Both the position numbers and the translations under genes were made by a program. This document shows, one piece after another, positions 47,011 through 61,200 of a stretch of DNA of 64,000 nucleotides. The DNA comes from Octopus sinensis (lineage: Eukaryota). Where the stretch lies: NCBI RefSeq assembly GCF_006345805.1, contig NC_043000.1:76446001-76510000 (forward strand), given 5' to 3'. A model generated the notes under the pieces. The model did no database searches. It was not told the origin of the DNA and worked only from the letters and a program-made list of their open reading frames with translations. The stretch's first letter is position 1. Every line of letters starts with the position of its first letter.

Positions 47011-47459
47011 ATAATGTAAAGTATAGAAGCCATCTTAATATGGCTAACCACAAAGGGGAGGGGGTGGTACAGTAGCCCCAGGAGATCATCGTCTCCAGCT
47101 GGTTTTAGACACCATTTCAGTGCCCTTGAAGTATTTGCAAAGGGAGGCCATCCCTTTCTCGCAAGCCTGAGTGATACGCACGGACTAGTTTCGGGATTAT
47201 TGTGCCTTGTGGTAGACGTCACTAGAAAAACTCTTATATATTTGCAAAGCAGCCTTGTCTTTCATCGCGACCTGGTGGTTACCGCCCGTTGATAAGGGAC
47301 AATAATCCCTAAACTAGTCCGTGCGTATCACTCAGGCTTGCGAGAAAGGTATGGCCTCCCTTTGCAAAGACGATGATCTCCTGGGTATATAGAGCTACAG
47401 TAACACCCCCTTCCCTTTGTGGTTAGCCATATTAAGATGGCTTCTATACTTTACATTAT
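47011..47459. mobile_element. Fold-back/MITE-like element with long imperfect inverted arms
   Basis: 47011-47210 (ataatgtaaagtatagaagccatcttaatatggctaaccacaaaggg...gcaagcctgagtgatacgcacggactagttt) is mirrored by 47292-47459. Confidence 0.8.
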
Positions 47460-47461
47460 AT

Positions 47462-47539
<78 letters not shown>

Positions 47540-47714
47540 TATATATTATATATATATATTATATATATACACATACATACATACATACATACATACATAC
47601 ATAACATACATACGTACATGCATACATACATACATACATACATACATACATACATACATACGTACATGCATGCGTACATACATACATACATACATACATA
47701 CATACATACATACA

Positions 47715-47748
<34 letters not shown>

Positions 47749-48096
47749 CATATATACATATATACATATATATATATATATATGACTTGTTGATGAAAAA
47801 TTTTATATATCGTTAAGTAAACAGTCCTGCACACCACTCCTATATTCCATGCTAGAGGAAAACAACTGCCAGGTTACCACGACGACGATGACCACTTCCT
47901 CAACCACCACCAACAGTATTTTTATGCGTGGCTGTAGGCGGCAGTGGTGGTTGACGAATGATATGGACAGGTGGGGTATGTATGTATGTATGTATGTATG
48001 TATGTATGTATGTATGTATGTATGTATGTATGTATGTATGTGTGTATGTATATATGTATGTATATATGTAATAGTTCAGAGTTCGAGCCACGTTAA

Positions 48097-48318
48097 CCCT
48101 TTTGATACCAACCTGGCCAAAACCGCCTCTGGCTCTGTAGTACAAATGTCTTGTTTTCATAAGTATTGAATTAAAATCTTCCACCAAACCTTAGTCACAA
48201 TTTATGTTCCCGACACTAGCTTAATGATAACTAAGTTCTTTTATTAAACTCTTTGTTATATTTAAAATTAATTGAATGAAACACAGAGCATCTCAAAATA
48301 AATTCGGTAATGAAAGGG
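48097..48318. mobile_element. piggyBac-like MITE (222 bp)
   Basis: TTAA|CCCTTTTGATACC ... GGTAATGAAAGGG|TTAA, with TTAA at 48093-48096 and 48319-48322. Confidence 0.75.
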
Positions 48319-48586
48319 TTAAATGGTAATAGTATCTTGAGTTGGTGCTATAGAAAATGAGTGCCCCAATACACTCATGATGTGACGGTGGCCATTTCAC
48401 ACCGACTCAAAGAGGACAAGCCAGCTCAGCGACTAGAGAAGTACGAATTTCTATAGTTTGTACACCTACAAAAACAACCCGTATTCCACTCCTCATTGCA
48501 GCATATTATTCAGAAAATTTCACGCCCAATTTCCGTAGGACACCAGGAGTTACATACATACATACATACATGCATGCATGCATGCA

Positions 48587-48679
<93 letters not shown>

Positions 48680-48692
48680 GTCTGTGTGTCTG

Positions 48693-49319
<627 letters not shown>

Positions 49320-49348
49320 GTCTGTCTGTCTGTGTGTCTATCTATCTG

Positions 49349-49425
<77 letters not shown>

Positions 49426-49458
49426 ATATCTATCTATCTATCTGTGTGTCTGTCTGTG

Positions 49459-49551
<93 letters not shown>

Positions 49552-49782
49552 GTATATGTATATATTATTGTGTCTGGGGAGACTCATTCTCTTTTAGTGT
49601 CTTATTTATTACTCAACACACTCTTCGATTTCCACTTTACTTATGTAACTTATTTAATTTACTTATTTAATTTTTCTATAATCTTTGTTACGTTTTGCAA
49701 CCTCTTCACTAGTCGTTGACTATATATGTGTGTGCGTGTGCGTGTATGTGTGTGCGTGTGTGTGTGTGTGTGTGTGTATGTG

Positions 49783-50483
49783 GGTACTACTTAAGAAGAG
49801 TGGACCCGACGTGCACACCCGTCCTAGTCAGTGGAAACGCGCATCCTCGCTGGTAAGTAGACGGACGCACGTACGCACACGCGCAAGTCAGTGGCACTTG
49901 CGATAAAAAATAAACACTCTACACATGTAAATATGTGTAAACTGTAAGTGGGGGTGGGGGTTGTGTACTCCCATCATACTGTTGAATCTGCTTTTTGCAT
50001 TTTCCCAGTAACATTGAAATGAATTGGTATGCACTTTAGTTACTGGATCCGCAGTGTTTTCTTTATGATTCATTTTGAAATGGGAATACCGTGGTTCAAC
50101 ATCAATTTCAGTTATTCCATTGTATTCACTCCAACAATCAGAATGGGTAGTTGTTTCTGGTTTTGTATACTTTGTGATAAGGAGGAGCAGAGTTTCAGAG
50201 CACCGATTATTCACAAACACTAAAAATCCTATTTTGTCTCTCTCTCCCTCTCTTTTCATTCATTCATTCAATAGTTTGTTTTATTAGACAGATAGATAGA
50301 TAGATAAAAATCCCCCCATTTACAATTTACACATATTTATACACGTGGAGGGTTCCTTTATCGAGGTTGTCACTGACTTGCGCGTGTTCGTGTGCGCGCG
50401 TCCGTCTACTGACTAGCGCGGGTGCGAACGTCCACTGACTAGCGTGGGTGCGCGCGTCAGGTCCACTTTTCATAAGTAGTACC
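49783..50483 (-). mobile_element. Non-autonomous Merlin (IS1016/ISXO2-like) DNA transposon with transposase remnant
   Basis: TIR ends GGTACTACTTA / TAAGTAGTACC with ~190-bp imperfect arms; 8-bp TSD TGTATGTG on both sides; internal peptide ETLL.LI.KY.KP.TT.HSDCW..YNG...H..NH.EN..DP.T.VHTN (49888..50259). Confidence 0.85.
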
Positions 50484-50682
50484 TGTATGTGTGTGTGTGT
50501 ATATGTATGTGTATATATAAGTATATAAATATGTGTGTATATATATGCATGTATGTATACATATGTGTGTATATATATATATATATGCATGTATGTATAT
50601 ATATATATACATGTGTATATATATAATATATATATTATATATATATATACATGCATACAAACATACATACATCCCAACATAC

Positions 50683-50729
<47 letters not shown>

Positions 50730-50732
<3 letters not shown>

Positions 50733-51597
50733 GAAATTTACAGAAAAACAAAAGACGAAGGTAGGTGAATAAACAACAAGCAGGTGTATTATTTTGACGC
50801 TCAGGAAGGTGAGAAAGTCTTTTATGTTTCGAGCCTACGCTCTTGAACAGACAGGAACATTAGGAAATAAACAGAGAGAGAATTAAAAAACTTTTGCAGT
50901 TAGCGGTCAGTCATGGTGACTGGTTGGACAGAGGTAGTTAGACAGGAGAGCTAGGAAGAAGGAAGGATAATAAAGTATTGGTGATCCCAAAATGAAGGTG
51001 CGCGTGCGTATGTGTATGTGAGAGTGTGTAAGTGTGCGCATAGATAGAGGCTGGTGACTTTGACGTGTGGATGTGTACGTGTGTAAGTGTGTGGATCTGT
51101 AATGTGTGGGTGTGTGGATGATGGTGTGGGTGCTGGGAAGTGGTCAGTGCTAGTGTGTACGGGGTGGTGTGATGTGGTGTGTGGTGTGGCGGTGTTGGGG
51201 TGTGGGGAAGTGAGGGTGGGGTGTGGGGAAGTGAGGGTGCGATGTGAGTTTGGGGTGAGGATGTAGGGGTAGAGGTGGGGTATGTGGGAATGGGATGTGT
51301 GGGGTGGGATGTGGATGGAGGGGTGTATCAATGAAGGAATGTGGATAGAAGTGAAGAGAAAAAGTAGGTGTCAGGGCAAGAGAGGAGAGGAGACTTGGGT
51401 AGGAGTGAAGAGAGGAAGTAGGTGTCAGATGAAGAGAGGAGAGGAGGGGAGTTGAGCCCAAGTGGGGCAAAGGAACGAAGAGAGAATATTAATTCACGGT
51501 GAAGGTGGGAGTCCGGATGGCCCCTGTGCAAAGACAGTCCGAACACTGACAGGTGTAATGAAGGACCGGTAAAGCGGAAATGGCGCGAGAGCGGGGT
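50730..51597 (-). mobile_element. PLE copy P3: 3'-terminal fragment at (TA)n
   Basis: LSRHFR.TG.SL.LSVFGLSLHRGHPDS C-terminus and the same terminal segment as P1 and P2. Confidence 0.85.
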
Positions 51598-51654
51598 ACA
51601 CACACATACATATGTGTGTGTGTGTGTGTGTATTTATGTATGTATATGTATTTC

Positions 51655-51905
51655 TTTTATTTCTTTTACTTGTTTCAGTTACTTGACAGCGGCCATACTG
51701 GAGCACCGTTTTGAAGGGTGTTAGTTGTAGAAATCGACCTCAGGACTTATTCTTTTTAAGCCCAGTACTTATTCTATCGGTGTCCTTTGCCGAACCGCCA
51801 AGTTACCCGGATTCAGACACACCAGCATCGGTTGTTAAGCGATGGCAGGGGGGCAAACACAGACACACACACACACAAAGACATACATACATACGTACAT
51901 ACATG

Positions 51906-51936
<31 letters not shown>

Positions 51937-52100
51937 GCACACACACATATATATACGACGGTCTTCTTCCAGTTTCCATCTATCAAATCTACTCACAAAG
52001 CTTTGGTCGGCCCGAGGCTATAGTAGAAGACACTTGCCTAAGATTCCACACAGTGGGACTGAGCTCAGAACCATGTGGTTGGGAGCAAGCTTCTTACCAC
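51655..52100 (-). mobile_element. tRNA-derived SINE (head 52100-51955, internal TG/TATG tract, tail to 51655)
   Basis: Minus-strand head tggtaag.agcttgct.ccaaccacatggttctgagctcagtccc has A/B-box-like positions; the tail matches 30950-31140. Confidence 0.7.
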
Positions 52101-52212
52101 ATATTTATATATATATATACACGTATATATAAACGCGCACACACACAAAAACATGTATGCGCACATATATAAACACACAACTATAAATGCATATATATGT
52201 TGGTCATATATA

Positions 52213-52298
<86 letters not shown>

Positions 52299-52425
52299 TT
52301 GTATAAGCATTATATATATATATATATGAAAGCATACACATATTCGTATGTGTGTATATGTCTGCATTTGTGTCTATCTGCGTGTCAGTACGTGTGTTTC
52401 ATACTCACACACACAAACACACACA

Positions 52426-52498
<73 letters not shown>

Positions 52499-52818
52499 AC
52501 TCACACACATCTAAACATATATTACACTTTCAAATCTGTATGCGTGTGTGAGTTACCGTTGGCAACGCAATCTTAGCAGTACAAACTTTCTGTACCACTA
52601 TCCCTACACCTCTACGATACTTGCTCACAGCGGTATTCCATTTCCGTCCACCTGCCAACCCCTATTACCACGACGACGATGACCACTTCCTCAACCACCA
52701 CCAACAGTATTTTTATGCGTGGCTGTAGGCGGCAGTGGTGGTTGACGAATGATATGGACAGGTGGGGTATGTATGTATGTATGTATGTATGTATGTATGT
52801 ATGATGTATGTATGTATG

Positions 52819-52849
<31 letters not shown>

Positions 52850-53959
52850 TAGGTAGGTAGGCTGGTTGGTTGGCTGGTTGGCTGGTTGGCTGGTTGGTTG
52901 GTTAAGTAGGTAGTCAGGTAAGTGGTGGTGTGTGAGGCGTGTCCTGTCAGCGGTGTTTTGGTCTTTCCCATTAGTGTCATTGGAAATCTGTAAACCACAT
53001 GGAGGACAGTTGAGTGTTTTACTACAGCTGCAAACAACAAGGTAGGAAGTTTGTGTTCTTATCGCTTGTTAGTTAACCCTAGCTTGGCCCCGATCTAGGA
53101 GATCTGTGATCAAAGGCATACTAGCTGTGATCCTTAAAGTTTTTTTTTCAGATGATACTGTGTAATGTGATGGAAATTTGCTTACTGTTTCCTCATGATT
53201 GGGCCTGAAGATAGAACAAAAAATAACAAAAAACTTGCTGCAAGGCGAGTGCACAGCAGGAGAGATCTTAAGAGGAAGAATTCCCGTCCGACAAGTATTT
53301 CGGCCCAACAGGAGCCGGGCCCACCCAGGTCATGACTACTAGGTGTCTTCCTGCTGCTTTCCAAAATCCTGTCTCCAGCGGGAATGAACCTGGGTCGCTC
53401 TTTTTGTGAACTTGTATTCCCAGGTCTGTGTTTCATCCCACTAGGCCACTCTGACCGACGAAGGAACCAGTTATCTACATTCCTCTATTCTTGTAAATAA
53501 CCAATGGAATCCATAAGTAGGTCCATTAGTCATTTCTCATCGCCCGTATGAGCAGTGAGCTCTTTTCAGCAACATCAGGCAAGCGTTTGATTGTGACAGT
53601 TCTTCTGTGGTCTTTGATACCCAACTGTAGAGATTTTCATGTAGGCATGAATGTAGTTCTTGCCCTTATTGATGATGTTTCATCCCCCAGATGAGCTCTG
53701 ATCCAATAGTTCTATGTATTATTCATACATAGTTGTAGATGCGAGACCAAAGATCACAGTGTTCGGAACAGTGTTGGTGATATCGTTAGTGCTGGGAGTA
53801 TTATTAGTCTTAGTGGTATTTTAAATAGTTTTATAATGTTTGTGGTATTATTATTTGTGGGGTTATTGTTAGTGTTTTGGTATTATTAATGTTAGTGCTT
53901 TTGTTAGTGTTTGTTGTATTGTTTTTGATAGTGATATTATCAGAGCTGGTGGGATTGTT

Positions 53960-54590
53960 AGTGTTTGTGGTATTAAGTGCTTTCTCCACTCTGTCTGCAG
54001 GCGTAGGCCCATTCACTCGGGCCTCTCTTGCGACATTCGCTCACATTTTAACAAAATTGCTTGGGGGAAGAACTTCCGTCTCTACCCTCACTTTCTTTTC
54101 AAGTGAAACTTAAAAAGTTGAAGAGGTCTTGGACAAAGAGGAAAGTGTTTGTCTTCAGCCCTTTCAATCTAGTCCACCACACAACCTCTTTCGCTAAGGC
54201 TACCAGGCAAAGAAAAACAGCCAATCCTTCTCGACCAAAGGAAGGCGGCGGGACTATCTTCACAATGGATTCAGCCGATAGCCGGATCCGTCCTACATGC
54301 GACAGCAGGTGTTCGACATAAACCCACTTATCAGAAATACTCGGGCACTGGATGAGAGCGTGAAAAACGGTTTCGTCGCTCTGTGTACATCTCGGGCAAG
54401 CCCGGCTGACTGCACTTCCGTGCCTGGAGAGTTTATCCTAAACAGGCACTGCCAGGCCAAGGATTTCTGGAAATTGTCCGTAGGCCTCGCCCTGAAAGTT
54501 CTCTGGAACATGTCGGCCAACTCATTCTTGTTGACACTCAGAATCTCCCTGAGAACGCCGTCGCACTTACCTGCCACTAACCCTCTATAG
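53960..54590 (-). mobile_element. Tx1-like ORF2 C-terminal fragment
   Basis: Collinear with 3290-3850 and the reverse complement of 28350-28880. Confidence 0.8.
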
Positions 54591-55929
54591 ATGGTATTAT
54601 TAGTGATGTTGCTATTATTACAGTTGGTGGTATCATTATTGTTGGTAGTACTGTTAGTGTTGGTTGTATTATTAGTGCTAGTGGTTTTATTAGCGTTAGT
54701 GGTATTATTGCTGTTGTGTTATTGTAAGTGTTCGTGGTAATATTAGTGTTGGTGGTATTGTAGGTGTTGGTATTATTAGTGATGATTGTAGTATTCGGGC
54801 TGGTGGTTTTGTTAGTATTGGTCGAATTATTGGTGTTGTGGGATTGTGAGTGCTGGAGGTCTTGTTAGTGTTGGAGGTATCATTAGTGTTGATTATTGCT
54901 TTGTGTTGGTGGTATTATTAGAGTTGATGGTGTTGTTAGTGTTTGTAGTATTGTTTTGTTGGTGGTATTATTAGTGTTGGTGGAGTTATTAGTGTTTATG
55001 GTATTTTTAGTGGTTTTGCTAGTGTTGTTAGTATTGTTAGTGTTAATTTTGATGGTGTTGTTAATGTGGGTAACATTGGTAGTGTTGATGGCATTGTTTT
55101 TATGATGGTATTGTCACTGTCGTCATCGATGTCATCATCACCAACACCAACACCAACACCATCGCTACCACTACCGCCACTGCAACATCAGACACTCTAA
55201 CTCAATATCACGATGTGTGTGTGGATCCATATTTTGAATTAAAACATACCTAGCATATGATTAATCATCAAAACAAGAAGAACAACATAAAGATGAGTTA
55301 TAACAACAGAACTAATTATATGAAGAACAGCAACTACAAACAGTCTTCAGATGAGCTAATACATATGCGACCTAATACATATCCGTTTTTTACTGTCCAC
55401 ATTTATCTGATGAAATTTGCTGCTAACAACTAAAAAGGTTCGAACCACCAATCTTTAGGTTGGCTGTTGTTGTTTCGTCCCTAGTCAGTCTTTTTCCAAC
55501 AGATCTATTAGCAGAAACATTCCATCCGTGACCATACCATGCTTAATGTAGTTGACCAGGAGCTAATAGTCTATCTTATGACAATAATCACTAAACTACT
55601 GTGCTGCATGCGGATATCATACCTAGGCATAGGTATCATACCTAGACATCATATCTAGATATACTCAAGACATAGTTTATCTTGAACTATATTATCCAAT
55701 GTGTTCTTACTTTTAGACCGTTGTATTGTTTGACCGAAAGTCGGCTCCAGTCGAACATACATATAATCGAAGGCGCTCCAGTCACGTTGATCTCGTCTGT
55801 TTCTTCCCAGGCCTCGTGTATTTACAACCACAATGGTTACTGGATTATAATTCCCCAACTATCGTGGGTGTTACGTTCCAAAACTTCCCACAGAAATAAT
55901 TAAAATCTAAAAAATATAAATATCTATCG

Positions 55930-56050
55930 GTCTCAGAAACTCGGATATACTGCGATGTCCGCGATATAAGATTACATATATTAGCGAGAAAAATCCGCGA
56001 TGTACTGAGTGCGCGATAGGTGAACCGCGATATGGCGAGCGATTACTGTA
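55930..56050 (-). mobile_element. Single Tigger/pogo-like terminal inverted repeat remnant
   Basis: Minus strand reads TA-CAGTAATCGCTCGCCATATCGCGGTTCACCTATCGCG with repeated ATCGCG motifs. The partner end was not found. Confidence 0.55.
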
Positions 56051-56179
56051 TTCCTTTTATTTTAGACGAGTATTGAGTCATTTGGGAACTATTATTTTTA
56101 ACAGGTTGTGTCATCATGTAGAGGTGTACCGAGGAACATATTTAATATCAGTGGTGAAATGTAGACATAACCACCTGTT

Positions 56180-56220
<41 letters not shown>

Positions 56221-57874
56221 GTATCTGTGCCGAGCAAATGATGACTATTCAGGTTTTTAAATTTATATATTATGAAACTAATATTAAATTATTAGTTTGG
56301 TCTTCTAGTTTAAACAATTTACGCAGGGTTTTTACAAAATTTGTCAGCAGATGATTACAATTTTAAATGCATTTGCGAACTTATGAGGGTGCCCTCTACA
56401 GAAGTAGAGGGCAACCTCATAAGCACTTGTTCGAAGTGACTTGTGAGAAAATAAATGTGCTTCAGAGCTGAGGTGGTTGTTGTGATGTGGAGGCTTTATA
56501 TTTTCTATGAAAATTGTGTCCAATTTGTAGTTTCAAGTTGGATGTACACTAGAGATTGAATTTATTAATAGTCAGAATTTCTGTGATGAAACTTTGCTCC
56601 AAATTTATTTACCCCTTCTCTTTAGGTAAATAAGCTAACTCCATTCCAAATTAAACCTTATTAAATGGATTGAATATCAACCTTTCTGATAAAGCCTTTT
56701 TTTTTACACCTCTTACGTCAGATCCCTGGCAGAGGTTTTTATTTATTACGTTCGATGGAGACCATTGTATATACTGTCATTTACAGAGGTACATCACGAC
56801 GTTAGGTTTAATAGAGATTAAAGTCAAACAATTTACAAATACGCGTCTCCCCCCCCCCCCCAAAAAAAAAAACAAAGACAAAAAACAACGTTGTTCCCAA
56901 AACTGTGAGTTTGGTACACTAGTACGCGCCAAGATGTACCTAGATGTCCCGATAAAATAATAAAATTATATTAAAAAATGTGAAAAGTACAAACTGAAAT
57001 TCTAAAAATAACGATTGACAATTATGCTTCATTTATTGAATAAAGAAGTTCATACTTAATAATTGTCTGCAGTGTAAACTACTTATATTTATTGGTTTAT
57101 ATATATAAAATGAGATAGGGGTTGTAAGTTCAACCCTCCATGGGATAACATATATCCAATATACTGCTAGATAAGTACCCAACAAAGCTAATACATAAAT
57201 GTTAAGAATTGCGATGCAATTAATTCATTTACTGTATTAGGTGGGCAACGGTAAAATTATTTTTACCATAAATTAATAATACAAAATGAGAAAATGGAGA
57301 AATATATCTAAATCATTCATCAACTATCAGATAATACCGAATCATATACTTTATTAAAACACTACACAAGAGCATTAAGATTAGACATTAATACAGCACA
57401 ATAATTACAATCAGTATAAATAGATATAACTAAATAAATATAACAAGGTATAAAAATACATATACATTATAACTGACAACTGTTTCTGCCATGCAGATAT
57501 GTATGTCTCATTTAACCTATATTAGCCATATATTGCAGGTATAAATGAGACATTAACAAAATTATCTTACGGCCTCTTCGGAGATTCTAATGTAAGTATG
57601 AGTACATACTCAAAAATCATTTACATACAAATATAAATATGTTTTATCGATTCCATCGCATAGCACCTTTATCTATGAGTCAATGTGTACATGCGCGCGC
57701 GCGTTTGTATGTGTGTGTGTATATGTGCGTGTGTGTGTGTGTGCGTGTGTGTGTGTGTGTGCGTGTGTGTATGTGTGTGTGTGCATGTGTGAGTATTTGC
57801 TGTTTATGCTATATTCTTTGTCTTGAAATATAGCGTGCCATAAATAATGGTCTCAAATTTTGGGACAATTATAG

Positions 57875-58205
57875 CGGAAGGGGTAACTCAGTAACATCGA
57901 TTCCATTGCTCAACTGGTACATATTTTAACTACCCCGAAAAGGTGAAAGGCAAAGATAGACGAAATGCTGCTGAGTATTTTGTCCGGCGTGCTACGTTTC
58001 TGACAGCTCGCCCTAATAGTTCCATAAATAATGCTTTCTACTATAGGCACAAGGCCTAGAATTTTTGGGGAGGGGGCTTGTCGATTACATCAACTCCAGT
58101 TATCAGGTGGAACTTATTTTATTGGCATCGAAAGAATGAACGGCAAAGTCGACCTCAGCGGATTTTGAACTCGGAATGTAAAGACAGACAAAATGCCGCA
58201 AAACA
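57875..58205 (-). mobile_element. Two fragments of a second tRNA-derived SINE family
   Basis: A-box-like gggcgagctgtcagaaacgtagc at 58015-57990; B-box-like gagttcaaaatcc followed by gtcgactttgcc.ttcat.ctttcg at ~58175-58125. Confidence 0.6.
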
Positions 58206-58376
58206 AGCTTCCTCAGGTCTCGGGCTATGTCCAAGTATTCGATCTTTGTGAAATTGGTGGAGACTGCTATGGATTAGCTAAATTCTTTGAAGATCTTTAT
58301 CAGATCCATCCTGAAGCTGTCTACGGCGTAGCCGTTTATATGGCTTGAGATTGCGTCTTCCCCACAGAGGGCTGTG

Positions 58377-58423
<47 letters not shown>

Positions 58424-58449
58424 TGCGGGTATGTGCTTGCGCGCGAGCG

Positions 58450-58590
58450 TGTGATTCGAGAATAAATAACCTGACGGAGTCCGCGATTTCAGTCCCTTTA
58501 TAACTCCCCACAGATACGTCGAACAGTGGGTAGTCTTCCTTCACCCAGTAGGAATAATCGTGAACCAAGAGTGACTTCCTGGTATACATG
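58450..58590 (-). pseudogene. Naiad-type PLE reverse transcriptase fragment
   Basis: YWVKEDYPLFDVSVGSYKGTEIADSVRLFIL resembles the WVK....FDVTMGSYDGAE..ELVGL.IL motif. Confidence 0.65.
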
Positions 58591-59779
58591 ATGATTCTGA
58601 CACGAGGTCGCTGATATTGATAGGCAATTCACATAAACACACACACACACACACACACACATGTCAAACAGCACAACTTTTATTTAGTACTACGACTTTT
58701 CACAAAACATTTATAAATCTTATAGTGCTGGTCATTTTGATTAAAAGGGTCTGAAACATTTTTTAAAAGTTAAAAATGTTTTTTATTTTAATTTTTACTT
58801 TTCATGAATTAAACAGAGGTGGAGGTGGAGAACCTATGACATTTTCGGGTCCACCAAACCTGAGAGAGGAAAGGAAGACACCTGATCCAAATACTTTCAA
58901 AAAAGTGCACTCCGCTAAATGTACTGTAGGTAGAGGTGTTAAACTGAGCGACAGAGATACAAAGGGAGTTGAAGTTTTTTCTACTAGGGATTTGCCAATG
59001 AGAGTGAAAATAGCCATAACAGAAAATCGGAATCAGATTTCTGGCACTGCTTGCTGGCAGTTTACTTGTCTTCTCAACTAAATGTGCTTTATCAGTTTAT
59101 AAATATTTTAAGAATTGATCTAGAAGTATTTATGGAACGGATTAAGTATTTATGAAAGAGATTAAGCAAGATATAATCTTTGATCATATCTTACAGTAGA
59201 CCATCCTTAAATCCCACATAATCCATCCCTAAAATGTCAAAACATTGTCCGTCTGATATCATGTCCACTTTAATTTTAACAGAGCTTATCATGGTTGGAT
59301 TATAGACGCACCGTGGATGTCAATATTTGGTATGTCTACCCATCAAGAACTAAGTTTTATGTAACTAGTATATCAACTGTTTAAGTAGCACCTACTTGTG
59401 TTGCTAACACAAATATCAACTATGTATCTAACACAAATCTATCAGGTAGTTATGTAAGACATATCATCTATATAACAGAAATATCAACCATATATCTGAG
59501 ATAAATATATCAACTATGTCTAAGATATATGCCAACTATTTATCTAACTTCATTTATAGATCCACGTGAGCATCAATTTTGGAATACTTGTAGTATTCAT
59601 CACAAGAGATTGGGGAGTAGGACAGGCCAATGTGTTTTTTTACTAGATTTAACCATCAAATACGAACATTTAATTTGACCAAACCCTATTTCTATGTCTC
59701 GTGAGAAATATGTGATCAGTTCTGTCTCATGGTGTCGTGAGTATTACTGAAACAACTTAATATCATCAATAAATATGGG

Positions 59780-61200
59780 CGACATTATATTTTCTCTTCT
59801 CCGAAAATCTTAAAGTGCAACCTTGCATTTCCCTAATAGAGCCGACATGTGTTCACTGCAAGGCTGAGCAGCATAACAGATAAGCTGTCAATCCGAAATA
59901 TTCCAGTCGATAATCTAATTCTGCTTGTGACTCCAGTTGTGACTTCACTTCTTATCTATAACTGTTTGAACCATGTTGTTATTAGTCTTTTAATGGTACT
60001 GACTATAGCGAATGCAGAGTGATTTTAGTATCTTTGAATGAGAGACAAATATCTTCTTTTATTAGAATCTAATAATACAGTCAGTAACCTTTGATGATGT
60101 TGCGCTTCCTTAAACACAGCCACAGACTCCTTTCTTTCCTCTCGGCTCTTCATCAGTCATAAATAAAGTAATTTGTTTCCCAGTAATTTTGTAGAAACAA
60201 TTTCAAGTAACTTTTGTACAGTTTAAACAAAATCAAAGCATGTTCTGGACCTGTAGTTTTTGGCTACCCGTATCTCTTGGTTCTAAGAAAGATTATGCTG
60301 CAAGTGTTGTACATGAAACTGGTAACTAATTTGAACATCGACTTCAGCGCGCATTGTTCTTTTCAACAAGTTGATGAGAGTTTCTCTGTAGAACTTGAGC
60401 TTTCTGTACCAATAGTTGAGTATCTGTTCCAATAGCCGACTTTTTCTAAGATGTTTTTCCATTCGGTAGTTTTTACAATAACCGTTTAGAGATATAATTG
60501 GTGTTATATTTTTTTGAGAAATGTTTGCGCATTGCTCACTCTGTAAGACCTTAGCTACACATCATAGTTGCGCAGTTTACATACATTCCAGTTTACTCCT
60601 CCAGAATGACTATATATCACCTTGAAGTGGAGCTTTTATAAATCTGATGATCTAACATTCTATGCTGTGGTATACAGTTAGTGGGTTTATTGTAAACTTA
60701 CAGCTGATAGACCTACATTTTTATAATTTCGCGACAAACCATTTGACGAACAACTGGTAGTTTGTGTTGAAGGCTTAATCCATGAGCATCTCTAATCGGT
60801 AGTTCATGTAGATTTATTATAGAGTCGCAGTTAGTGGCTCGTGAATTCATAATTCACTTTGTACTTAATAATGATAACCAATTGCTCGATATTTTCCTGA
60901 GTCTATCGTCATTTTTCTGGAGAGGAGCATTGGTCAATCTATGTTGGCGAATGGTAACTGCAAGTACAGTAGGTCATTCAATGTCCAAGAACTAAGAGCT
61001 TCAATTTATTCTAGGTGGTCTTTAGTGAACTATAGATACGAAGGGTAACTTTAGATCAGCAAGTTCTCTTACGACTTGTGTTATGATCGTTCTTTCATGC
61101 AATGATTTATCAAAGGATATACTAATGTTCTACTTAAATCTCTTTGTGATTTGTGTTTTCAGTTGTTTATAATATTCGATCATTTCTATAAGCTTGTAAG
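59780..61200 (-). pseudogene. Heavily decayed LINE RT (possibly RTE-like)
   Basis: Scattered remnants in collinear order on the minus strand: PLQKND..., GKYRAI, a QNGF-like stretch, LQGD. No long ORF. Confidence 0.35.

Noticed and set aside
46059-47222. 387-aa ORF as a single gene
   Set aside because: It is chimeric: it starts in the fold-back element, reads through a (TA)n tract, and only then enters PLE coding sequence at ~46884.
53560-53760. Possible decayed GIY-YIG remnant on the minus strand (ETSSIRART-like)
   Set aside because: Too short and degenerate to support.
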